Source: Candidatus Omnitrophota bacterium (lineage in GTDB: Bacteria > Omnitrophota > Gorgyraeia > Zapsychrales > Fredricksoniimonadaceae). From it: a stretch of 64,000 nt of DNA. Below the pieces are notes generated by a model. That model did not search any database, was not told the DNA's origin, and saw only the letters and a list, made by a program, of their open reading frames with translations. The position numbers were made by a program, and so were the translations under genes. Shown in pieces: positions 56,500-64,000 of the stretch. Within the stretch, counting starts at the first letter, position 1; each line of letters starts with the position of its first letter. The DNA lies in NCBI GenBank assembly GCA_044225175.1, contig JBGAJA010000001.1:134994-198993 (forward strand), in the 5' to 3' direction.

Positions 56500-56859
56500 A
56501 TGAATGTTGCGGTCATAGGAGCTTCAGATAAACCTGATCGTTTTTCATACAAAGCTTTCAAACTCCTTCAAGAAAAAGGCCATCAGGTCTATCCTGTGCA
56601 TCAGAGGATCAAAACAGTGGAAGGAACTCCTGTTTTTGCTTCAATTAAGGATATTCCACAAGACATTGATACGGTGACACTATATGTCGCAGCTGATATC
56701 TCTAATCAATTAACAAACGACATCCTTGAGTGTGTTCCTCAACGAATTATTTTTAATCCAGGCGCCGAAAATCCCCAACTTGCCGCAAAAGCCCAGGCCA
56801 AAGGAATCCACACTGTTGAAGATTGCACATTGGTTATGTTACGTACAGGTCAATTCTAA
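56500..56859 (+). CDS. CoA-binding protein
   Basis: VIGASDKPDR, DTVTLYV, FNPG, CTLV. Confidence 0.85.
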   Translation: MNVAVIGASDKPDRFSYKAFKLLQEKGHQVYPVHQRIKTVEGTPVFASIKDIPQDIDTVTLYVAADISNQLTNDILECVPQRIIFNPGAENPQLAAKAQAKGIHTVEDCTLVMLRTGQF

Positions 56860-56883
56860 ATAAAATAGATCTTACATATAGAA

Positions 56884-58752
56884 ATGATCAAAACATTCTA
56901 CTGTTTTCTTGTTGGACTCTTTTCATTAATCACTATCTCTAGTGTCTACGCTGAGCCTGTTTACGATGCCCATACCCATGTGGATCTTGTGGCTAAGAAT
57001 GAAAGCATTAGGGCGGGAGAGTCGTTTACTGTGGGTTTATTCATGACGATCGATGATGATTGGCATGTTTATTGGGTCAATCCAGGTGACTCAGGATTAC
57101 CGCCTACAATCAATTGGCAATTACCAGAAAGATTACATGCAGGTCAAATCCAATGGCCTTACCCAAAACGCATCAATGTCAGTTCTTTAACGAGTTATGG
57201 TTATGAGAAACAAGTATTATTTCCTATCCAAATGGATGTGGAACCTTCTATTCAATCCTCTTCAATTACGTTAAAAGCAAAAGTAAGTTGGTTAGCCTGC
57301 AAAATTGAATGCATTCCAGGTAAAGCAGAACTTCAGTTAACATTGCCTATTTCTTCAGAAATACCTCAGCTGAATTCCAAATTTAAAGAAATTTTTGAAC
57401 AAGCCCAACAAAATTTGCCTAAGCATGATTCAACTCAACAGCCTTTCGCTCAAATGAACGCATCTTCCATCCATTTGGTTTTTAAAAAAGCTCCATTAGA
57501 CAATCTCGAATTCTTTCCAGAACGTTCAGATTTAATCGAGCATTCTGCAGTACAGAAGATGGAATCCCATAAAGATGGTTTTCATTTAGTGATTCCAAAA
57601 TCAAATCTATTCCCATCAGAGGTGAATCGTTTAAAAGGAATAGTAGTCCGTCAAGGCTCTCAAGCTTTATCTATAGATGTACCAATCACCTTTGTACCGG
57701 TTTCACAAAGTTCAAACTTAAACCTTTGGTTGGCCTGCGTCTTTGCAATTATAGGAGGATTAATCCTTAATCTAATGCCTTGTGTTTTACCCGTGTTATC
57801 GCTCAAAGTTTTAAGCTTAGTAAAACATAAAGATAATCGGCTAGAGTCGTTCTTTCATGGATTGATTTTTACCCTGGGAATTCTATGTTCTTTTTGGATT
57901 CTAGCTGGCGTTCTCATTTTTTTAAAGACTGCCGGTCAAAATATAGGGTGGGGCTTTCAGTTTCAATCTCCATTTTTTGTAGGTTCCATGGCATTATTAT
58001 TGTTTGTTTTAGGGTTGAATCTTTTTGGGGTTTTTGAATGGAATATTTTCTTAGCAAGTCGTCCTAGCCAGGGCAAAGGTTTTATATCGAGTTTTTGGGG
58101 AGGAGTTCTAGCTACAGTATTAGCTACGCCTTGTACGGCTCCATTCATGGGGGCCGCTTTAAGCTATGCTTTGACTCAAACTTCCGTAGTTGCTTTACTT
58201 ATTTTCACATGTTTGGGTTTGGGCATGGCGCTTCCATATTTAATCTTAAGTGCAAACCCTGCATGGCTTACATTGATCCCTAAACCTGGTCCTTGGATGG
58301 TCACTTTAAAAAGAATTTTTGGAGTCTTGATGATGTTTTGTGTCGTGTGGTTAGTATGGGTCTTTAGTTTACAAACAGGCCTCTATAAACCTTCCATTAA
58401 CTTAAATAAGGGTGGAATTGCTTGGCAGGAGTTTTCCTCGTCGAAACTACAGACACTAAGGTCTGGAACTCAGCCTATCTTCATTGATTTTACAGCTGCC
58501 TGGTGTCTGACATGTCAGGTTAATGACCGTACGGTCTTTAATCAAGAAAGTGTCATCAAAAGATTCCAAGAATTGTCTATTGTTCCACTTAAAGCTGATT
58601 GGACTAATTATGATCAGGACATCACCAATGCTTTAAAGGCCTATGGAAGAAATAGTATTCCTTTATATATCTATTATCCAAAACCTAATGGAGAGCCTAT
58701 CATTTTGCCAGAGCTTATAACGGCTGCTATAATAACCGAACGTTTAGAATAA
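56884..58752 (+). CDS. dsbD: Thiol:disulfide interchange protein DsbD family
   Basis: WHVYWVNPGDSG, LNLMPCVLP, ATPCTAP, AAWCLTC. Confidence 0.88.
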   Translation: MIKTFYCFLVGLFSLITISSVYAEPVYDAHTHVDLVAKNESIRAGESFTVGLFMTIDDDWHVYWVNPGDSGLPPTINWQLPERLHAGQIQWPYPKRINVSSLTSYGYEKQVLFPIQMDVEPSIQSSSITLKAKVSWLACKIECIPGKAELQLTLPISSEIPQLNSKFKEIFEQAQQNLPKHDSTQQPFAQMNASSIHLVFKKAPLDNLEFFPERSDLIEHSAVQKMESHKDGFHLVIPKSNLFPSEVNRLKGIVVRQGSQALSIDVPITFVPVSQSSNLNLWLACVFAIIGGLILNLMPCVLPVLSLKVLSLVKHKDNRLESFFHGLIFTLGILCSFWILAGVLIFLKTAGQNIGWGFQFQSPFFVGSMALLLFVLGLNLFGVFEWNIFLASRPSQGKGFISSFWGGVLATVLATPCTAPFMGAALSYALTQTSVVALLIFTCLGLGMALPYLILSANPAWLTLIPKPGPWMVTLKRIFGVLMMFCVVWLVWVFSLQTGLYKPSINLNKGGIAWQEFSSSKLQTLRSGTQPIFIDFTAAWCLTCQVNDRTVFNQESVIKRFQELSIVPLKADWTNYDQDITNALKAYGRNSIPLYIYYPKPNGEPIILPELITAAIITERLE

Positions 58753-58774
58753 CAATCACTAAAGGAGAGAGCAT

Positions 58775-59380
58775 ATGTCAGTCTTAAAATTGCTGGTCGT
58801 AACATTAGGGTTATTCTTATCAGTCCAACCACTTCATGCAGCTGTAACCACAGGTCAACCTGCACCCGATTTTTCTTTAGCAGACACTAAGGCAGTAGCT
58901 CACAGCCTATCGCAATATAAAGGTAAGTATGTTGTATTGGAATGGTTAAATCATGGATGCCCTTTTGTAAAAAAACATTATGAAAGTAACAATATGCAAA
59001 GTTTACAAAAAGAATTTACAGGCAAAGGCGTGATTTGGCTTTCTATCAATTCTTCCTCAAAAGGCAAAGAAGGTTACACATCTGGCCAAGAAGCAGATCA
59101 ATTAACTCAGCAGAAGAATGCATCCCCGACCGCCGTGCTCTTAGATCCTAAGGGAACAGTTGGTCATTTATATGCTGCCAAGACAACCCCCCATATGTAT
59201 ATCATTAATCCAGAAGGTATTTTGATTTACCAAGGTGCTATTGACGATAAACCAAGTGCAGATACAGCTGATGTGGCATCAGCTAAAAATTATGTTAAAG
59301 CAGCTCTAGATCAATCCATGGCTGGTCAACCCGTTGAAGTATCATCCACTAAATCTTACGGATGCGGTGTGAAATATTAG
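58775..59380 (+). CDS. Exported thioredoxin/redoxin family protein
   Basis: EWLNHGCPFV, TTPHMY, YQGAIDD, YGC. Confidence 0.85.
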   Translation: MSVLKLLVVTLGLFLSVQPLHAAVTTGQPAPDFSLADTKAVAHSLSQYKGKYVVLEWLNHGCPFVKKHYESNNMQSLQKEFTGKGVIWLSINSSSKGKEGYTSGQEADQLTQQKNASPTAVLLDPKGTVGHLYAAKTTPHMYIINPEGILIYQGAIDDKPSADTADVASAKNYVKAALDQSMAGQPVEVSSTKSYGCGVKY

Positions 59381-59447
59381 TATGTCATCATTTTTTGCTG
59401 TGACTAAGAGGTATTTAACTGCCAGGCTTCTTGGCAAGTAAGGGAAT

Positions 59448-60251
59448 ATGATCTGGAGAGATAATTTACGCAAGGTTGTGGATGAATCAAAAACCCACTT
59501 TGGACGTGCTTTTGACGTCATGGTTTTTGTTTCTATTGGTTTGAGTGTGATTGTAGTTATTTTAGAAAGCATTCCTTCCGTAAAAGCTGTTCATGGAGAG
59601 CTATTACGTCAAGTGGAATGGGGAGTGACAATTTGGTTTACCATTGAATACCTCATGAGACTGATAACGGCGCATAATGCTATTAAGTATGCGACAGGAT
59701 TTTACGGGATTATTGATCTTTTGGCTGTCATCCCGACGTATCTTAGTCTCTTTGTTGTGGGATCCCAGTCATTGATCGTCTTTCGAGCATTTCGTTTCTT
59801 GAGAATTTTTCGAGTTTTTAAGCTGATACGTTGCATTAATGAAGCAGCGACCCTGATGGTGGCTATGAAAGCGAGCCGTCAAAAAATTACTGTCTTTATG
59901 TGCGTGGTGCTTGCTATAGCGCTTGTGATGGGAACATTGATGTATATGGTGGAAGGTGAAAGCGGAGGGTTTGATAGCATTCCCTCGGGAATTTACTGGG
60001 CAATTGTCACCATGACAACGGTTGGGTATGGGGATTTGGCACCGCATACTCCACTAGGTAAACTCTTAGCATCATTTTTAATGCTGATAGGATACTCTAT
60101 TATTGCTATTCCCACGGGTATAGTTTCTGTTGAGATTGCTCAGGCAAATCGTGTTGCCATGGAATCACGGGTCTGTCCTGTTTGTAGCCGTCAAGGACAT
60201 CAAAGCGAGTCTTCTTTCTGTCGATTTTGTGGTGGAAAACTTAATACATGA
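59448..60251 (+). CDS. Voltage-gated potassium channel-like ion transporter
   Basis: S4 RAFRFLRIFRVFK; TTVGYGD filter; C-terminal CxxC..CxxC. Confidence 0.9.
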   Translation: MIWRDNLRKVVDESKTHFGRAFDVMVFVSIGLSVIVVILESIPSVKAVHGELLRQVEWGVTIWFTIEYLMRLITAHNAIKYATGFYGIIDLLAVIPTYLSLFVVGSQSLIVFRAFRFLRIFRVFKLIRCINEAATLMVAMKASRQKITVFMCVVLAIALVMGTLMYMVEGESGGFDSIPSGIYWAIVTMTTVGYGDLAPHTPLGKLLASFLMLIGYSIIAIPTGIVSVEIAQANRVAMESRVCPVCSRQGHQSESSFCRFCGGKLNT

Positions 60252-60271
60252 TATTTTTATAAGGAGAACAG

Positions 60272-60574
60272 ATGGCATTAAAACAGTTATTCAAAAGGGG
60301 TGGTTTATTAAGTATTTGTTTAGTTGCTTTTGTTATTATTCCTCAACCATCCCAAGCAGAATTGCATTTTTCACCTATAGATGGCGGCCTTACTTTTCAA
60401 GATAGCGTTAGGGTAGATGATGCTCCTGCTCATACGGATCAGATTTATCCTGAAGTTGCTGTGGATCAGAATAACAATGTTTATACAGTTTGGAATGATG
60501 CCCGTAATAGCGACTCTCCAGACATCTATTTCTCAAGAAATGCTTTCATGTTAAAAACTCCAAGAGAAAGATAA
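60272..60574 (+). CDS. Exported protein with one propeller-blade-like repeat, probably truncated
   Basis: Signal peptide; QIYPEVAVDQNNNVYTVWNDARN..DIYFSR then abrupt end. Confidence 0.5.
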   Translation: MALKQLFKRGGLLSICLVAFVIIPQPSQAELHFSPIDGGLTFQDSVRVDDAPAHTDQIYPEVAVDQNNNVYTVWNDARNSDSPDIYFSRNAFMLKTPRER

Positions 60575-60590
60575 AGAAAAGGAGCATTAA

Positions 60591-61034
60591 ATGTCAACTA
60601 ATACCGTTCGTCTTCATCGTGTTTTACGTACAACACCAGAGAAGCTGTACAGGGCTTTTCTTGAGCCGGATGCTATTGCCAAATGGATTCCGCCCAATGG
60701 ATTTACGTGTAAGGTTCACCATATGGATGTGAAGGTGGGGGGTACATACAAAATGTCTTTCACTAACTTTACAACGGGGCAAAACCATTCCTTCGGGGGC
60801 AAATATATTGAATTGATGCCTAATCGCTTGCGCTATACGGACAAATTTGATGACCCAAACATGCCGGGCGAAATCATGGTTACGATTGAATTCAAAAAGG
60901 TCTCTTGTGGTACAGAACTTAACATTGTTCAAGAAGGTTTACCTGCAGTTATACCTGTAGAAATGTGCTATTTAGGCTGGCAAGAGTCGCTTAGTTCTCT
61001 AGCAAAACTTGTGGAGCCGGAAATTAAAGAGTAG
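60591..61034 (+). CDS. SRPBCC (AHSA1-like) family protein
   Basis: LHRVL..PEKLYRAFL, GGTYKMSF, CYLGWQESL. Confidence 0.88.
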   Translation: MSTNTVRLHRVLRTTPEKLYRAFLEPDAIAKWIPPNGFTCKVHHMDVKVGGTYKMSFTNFTTGQNHSFGGKYIELMPNRLRYTDKFDDPNMPGEIMVTIEFKKVSCGTELNIVQEGLPAVIPVEMCYLGWQESLSSLAKLVEPEIKE

Positions 61035-61037
61035 CTT

Positions 61038-61913
61038 ATGAAATATTGGTGTATAAGCTTTGTTTTGGTATGCTTTTTGGCAGGCTGTGCTTCTGTCATA
61101 AAGAAAGAAGATATCCTGATTGAAGCTAAACAGATTAAAGCAGAGTCGATTGCTCAACCCGCTGTGAATGTAGAACAAAATCCCGTCATAACTACAGAGT
61201 CTAATCCTGTCTCTAGTATTCCCGCTACAGTGCCGTTATCTTCTCCTATATATCCTACTCAAAAACTTATTTATAAGGCGAAATATTTAGGGATACCTTT
61301 TTGTGAATATATTGTCCAGAATAAGGGGAAAACAGCCGTAAATGGTAAAGAAGCCTATTTGTTAGAAATTGAAGTTAAAACAAATCCTATTTTGGAGAAA
61401 CTCTTTCAAAATAAAGACCGGTATGTGTCCTATATGGATACAGAGAAGTTGGTGGTTTTGCGTCATGAGGAATATGTGAACAAAGGGGTCTTATTAGAAT
61501 CCAGTGTGGATTTTGATTATACGACGCATGTGGCTCGTTATAAGAATTATATTAATCACAGTGAGAAGACAACGCCCATACCAGATAAGATTTTTGACAT
61601 TGTCAGTGGAGGTTTTTATTTGCGAATGATTCCTTGGGAATTAGGTGATGTGGTTGAGATGAATATTTATGCAGATGAGAAGATTTATAATTTTGTAGGC
61701 CTGGTGCATTCAAGAACAGTATTAAATTTGCCGCCCCATGGCAAGCAGGAAGCATATCTTTTTAAGCCATACTTATTTGAAAATGGAGTCCAGGTGAAAA
61801 ATCTTTCTGCTGAAGCGTTCTTTTCTCCAGTTATTCTTAGAACGCCTCTTCGTGCTATTCTTCACACCTTTTTAGGTAGTATAGCCGTCGTGTTAGTCGA
61901 AGAACCCATATAA
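61038..61913 (+). CDS. Lipoprotein, DUF3108-like
   Basis: LAGC lipobox; L.Y...YLG..; DRY.SY.D; D..S..F.LR. Confidence 0.65.
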   Translation: MKYWCISFVLVCFLAGCASVIKKEDILIEAKQIKAESIAQPAVNVEQNPVITTESNPVSSIPATVPLSSPIYPTQKLIYKAKYLGIPFCEYIVQNKGKTAVNGKEAYLLEIEVKTNPILEKLFQNKDRYVSYMDTEKLVVLRHEEYVNKGVLLESSVDFDYTTHVARYKNYINHSEKTTPIPDKIFDIVSGGFYLRMIPWELGDVVEMNIYADEKIYNFVGLVHSRTVLNLPPHGKQEAYLFKPYLFENGVQVKNLSAEAFFSPVILRTPLRAILHTFLGSIAVVLVEEPI

Positions 61914-62037
61914 GTTCCTTCTTTTGTTCCTTTTCACGATCATGATTAATTTACTTTTAATCTTCCCTTAATTTCTTTTCTTTTATATTGAAATCAGTAG
62001 TGATGATTTTAATAACTCTAAAGAAAGGAATTAAACT

Positions 62038-62235
62038 ATGAATAAGGGAACCGCTATAGCTCTAGTAGTTGTAGGAATTATTTTATTGATCTTTGGATAT
62101 AACTCTTATCATTCAGCTAGTTCAAGTATTTCTGAAGTTGTAACAGGTTCGCCCACCTCTAAGGCCATCTGGCTTTTAATTGGTGGATTAATTGCAACAA
62201 TTGTAGGTGGATTTAATTTAGCTCGTGCTAAATAA
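62038..62235 (+). CDS. DUF3185 family membrane protein
   Basis: GIILLIFG..S..S.....TGSPT.KAIWLLIGG. Confidence 0.8.
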   Translation: MNKGTAIALVVVGIILLIFGYNSYHSASSSISEVVTGSPTSKAIWLLIGGLIATIVGGFNLARAK

Positions 62236-62254
62236 ATCTAAGTGCATTCCAAAA

Positions 62255-62283
62255 TCCCACTGCATAGGAATTATGCAGTGGGA
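62255..62283. repeat. Perfect 12-bp hairpin (REP/IS605-end-like)
   Basis: TCCCACTGCATA-GGAAT-TATGCAGTGGGA. Confidence 0.6.
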
Positions 62284-62294
62284 AGATAAAGGAG

Positions 62295-62477
62295 ATGGTT
62301 ATGCCAAAATACGGTCAAAAAGCTAAAGATACTGTTGAAAATGCCATGCATAAATATAAAAGAGGCAAATTAAAAAGCGGAAAAAGTGCTAAAACCGTTC
62401 AAAGTCGCCAACAAGCAATAGCCATTGGTCTTTCCGAAGCCCGAAAAAAGGGAGCGAAGGTTCCTGAAAAAAAGTAA
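62295..62477 (+). CDS. DUF6496-like small basic protein
   Basis: MHKYKRGKLKSG..QAIAIGLSEARKKG. Confidence 0.8.
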   Translation: MVMPKYGQKAKDTVENAMHKYKRGKLKSGKSAKTVQSRQQAIAIGLSEARKKGAKVPEKK

Positions 62478-62607
62478 TTTTTACCTACCCTGCCTAGTAT
62501 TTACTCAAATAAAGAAATCTTGATCGATCCCAAAGAAATAGTTAGAATCGAGCCTTAAATACAGGTATCCCAGAAATTTTTCAAAGAACACATTTTATAG
62601 AGGCATT

Positions 62608-62787
62608 ATGAAAAAATATGGTTTTTCGTTTTCATGGAAACGAGCCATTGGACTTTCGGGTCTCAAGGCTAAGATTTCAAGGAAAATAGGCGTTCCATTA
62701 ACTCAAAGCGGCCGAGAACGTAAGTTGGGGCATGTTATTTTTCAATTCTTGGCTGATCTCTTGGGGCGCTTGTTTAATAGAAAATAG
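62608..62787 (+). CDS. 59-aa basic conserved hypothetical protein (missing from ORF track)
   Basis: GAGG SD; MKKYGFSFSWKRAIGLSGLKAKISRKIGVPLTQSGRERKLG... Confidence 0.7.
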   Translation: MKKYGFSFSWKRAIGLSGLKAKISRKIGVPLTQSGRERKLGHVIFQFLADLLGRLFNRK

Positions 62788-62827
62788 ATGTATGGCTCTA
62801 TACCATTAACCGACATATGGAGAGAAT

Positions 62828-63436
62828 ATGTTTAGATCTTTTAGAAAAATAATGAGTGGCCAGAAGTTTGGAGCAACTCGATTAGAAGCTTTTAGCGACG
62901 GGGTATTTGCTATTGTGATCACTCTTTTAGTTTTAGAGTTGCGTGTTCCAGAGGTTCATAGCGCAGAAGAATTGGTTCAGGGTTTAAAAGAACTCATGCC
63001 TAAGTTTATCAGTTTCATCGTCAGTTTTATCTACATTACAATTTATTGGATTAATCACCATCAATTATTCAGCATGATTAAAAGTACCAATAGAGGGCTA
63101 TTTTGGCTTAATAGTCTTTTTTTAATGTGCCTTACCTTTATTCCATTTCCAACGGCGTTAATTGGAAGCTACCCTAATGAATCAGTGGCTGTCATTTTTT
63201 ATGGTTTAGCTATGATAGCAACCGCGATCAGTTTTGTTTTAATGAAAAGTTATGCGTTTTTTGGGCCTCTGGTGGATGAGAAGCATGCCAGACCCAAAGT
63301 TAGATTTTTAATAGCGGGTCCTTTGCTTTATTTAATCGCTGTTGGGCTGGCTCAATTGAACCCAATGTATGCCATCAGCATTTATTTATTAATTCCAATT
63401 ATTTATTTCTTTGCGAGCGGAATAGAAGAGATTTAG
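62828..63436 (+). CDS. TMEM175-family potassium channel
   Basis: RLEAFSDGVFAIVITLLV, YWINHH, PFPT. Confidence 0.88.
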   Translation: MFRSFRKIMSGQKFGATRLEAFSDGVFAIVITLLVLELRVPEVHSAEELVQGLKELMPKFISFIVSFIYITIYWINHHQLFSMIKSTNRGLFWLNSLFLMCLTFIPFPTALIGSYPNESVAVIFYGLAMIATAISFVLMKSYAFFGPLVDEKHARPKVRFLIAGPLLYLIAVGLAQLNPMYAISIYLLIPIIYFFASGIEEI

Positions 63437-63448
63437 GAGTTTATAAAT

Positions 63449-63634
63449 ATGAATGAGAATAAGAAAACAGTTGAGAAATACTTAGATGGTTTTAATAAAT
63501 TGGATCATACTCAGATTCTGTCGTGTTTGACAGAAGATGTAGAGTGGATTATCCCAGGTATGTTTCATATTAAAGGTCAAGAAGCATTTGATAAAGAAAT
63601 AGAAAATGATGCTAGTTTTTTGAGAAAATATTGA
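63449..63634 (+). pseudogene. 3'-truncated SnoaL/NTF2-like protein
   Basis: NKKTVEKY..GF...D...IL.CLTEDVEW..PG; only 61 aa, about half a domain. Confidence 0.6.
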
Positions 63635-63693
63635 AATGTAAAAGAAGTCATGATAAGTTAAAGCCAATTTCTTGTAATTTATAAAGTATTATT

Positions 63694-63996
63694 ATGGACA
63701 ATAAGTCACAAATTCTCTCAGCGATTATTGAAGCAATTAAAGAGGTCAACCAGACCCTACCATTGGAGCGGCAAATAACCACAGATCTTCAAGCTCCTTT
63801 ATATGGCCCACCAAGTCCTGTAGATTCATTGACGGTAACGCTTTTAATTGTGGCCATTGAACAAAAAATCGAACAGAGTATGGGAAAAGTCGTAACATTA
63901 GTGGATTATTCCGTTGGTTTATCGCCTTTAAAGAACATTCATACTTTATTGGAGTATATCGCTTCTTTAATTGAGCGTGATAGTTATGCCGTCTAA
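63694..63996 (+). CDS. Acyl carrier protein-like
   Basis: LYG..SPVDSL phosphopantetheine-site motif; acidic helical ~100 aa. Confidence 0.65.
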   Translation: MDNKSQILSAIIEAIKEVNQTLPLERQITTDLQAPLYGPPSPVDSLTVTLLIVAIEQKIEQSMGKVVTLVDYSVGLSPLKNIHTLLEYIASLIERDSYAV

Positions 63997-64000
63997 TCTT

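Overview
AT-rich bacterial window with essentially all intact genes on the + strand. The signature of the 1356-aa protein at 36484-40554 suggests Candidatus Omnitrophota (inference from recall, not searched). Positions 1-36 kb form a mosaic accessory region with three parts. (i) A 10-kb defence cassette (radC, SNF2 helicase, type III R-M mod/res, XRE-ImmA/IrrE peptidase, PIN/DUF4411) bracketed by two related short palindromes. (ii) Three operons sharing a 36-bp upstream motif at an identical distance from a -10 box, encoding orphan receivers, a glycosidase-like protein/GT4, CBS/ldhA, TMEM175 and a P1B ATPase. (iii) An osmoadaptation module in which two copies of a nhaA-I/DUF1646-like (Li+/Na+) riboswitch with terminators precede nhaD and a membrane-sensor-fused trehalose-6-P synthase operon. 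At 36084-42184 a 5.9-kb unit is bounded by 177-bp direct repeats made of the tRNA promoter region plus the 5' half of tRNA-Thr(TGT). It carries a secreted modular protein (conserved termini, HExxH and helical-repeat cargo) and a frameshifted IS1202-like element. It is followed by tRNA-Thr/Tyr/Gly and mostly ordinary envelope, repair, transport and redox genes. No CRISPR array, rRNA, integrase or reverse transcriptase was seen. All family assignments are by motif recognition only.
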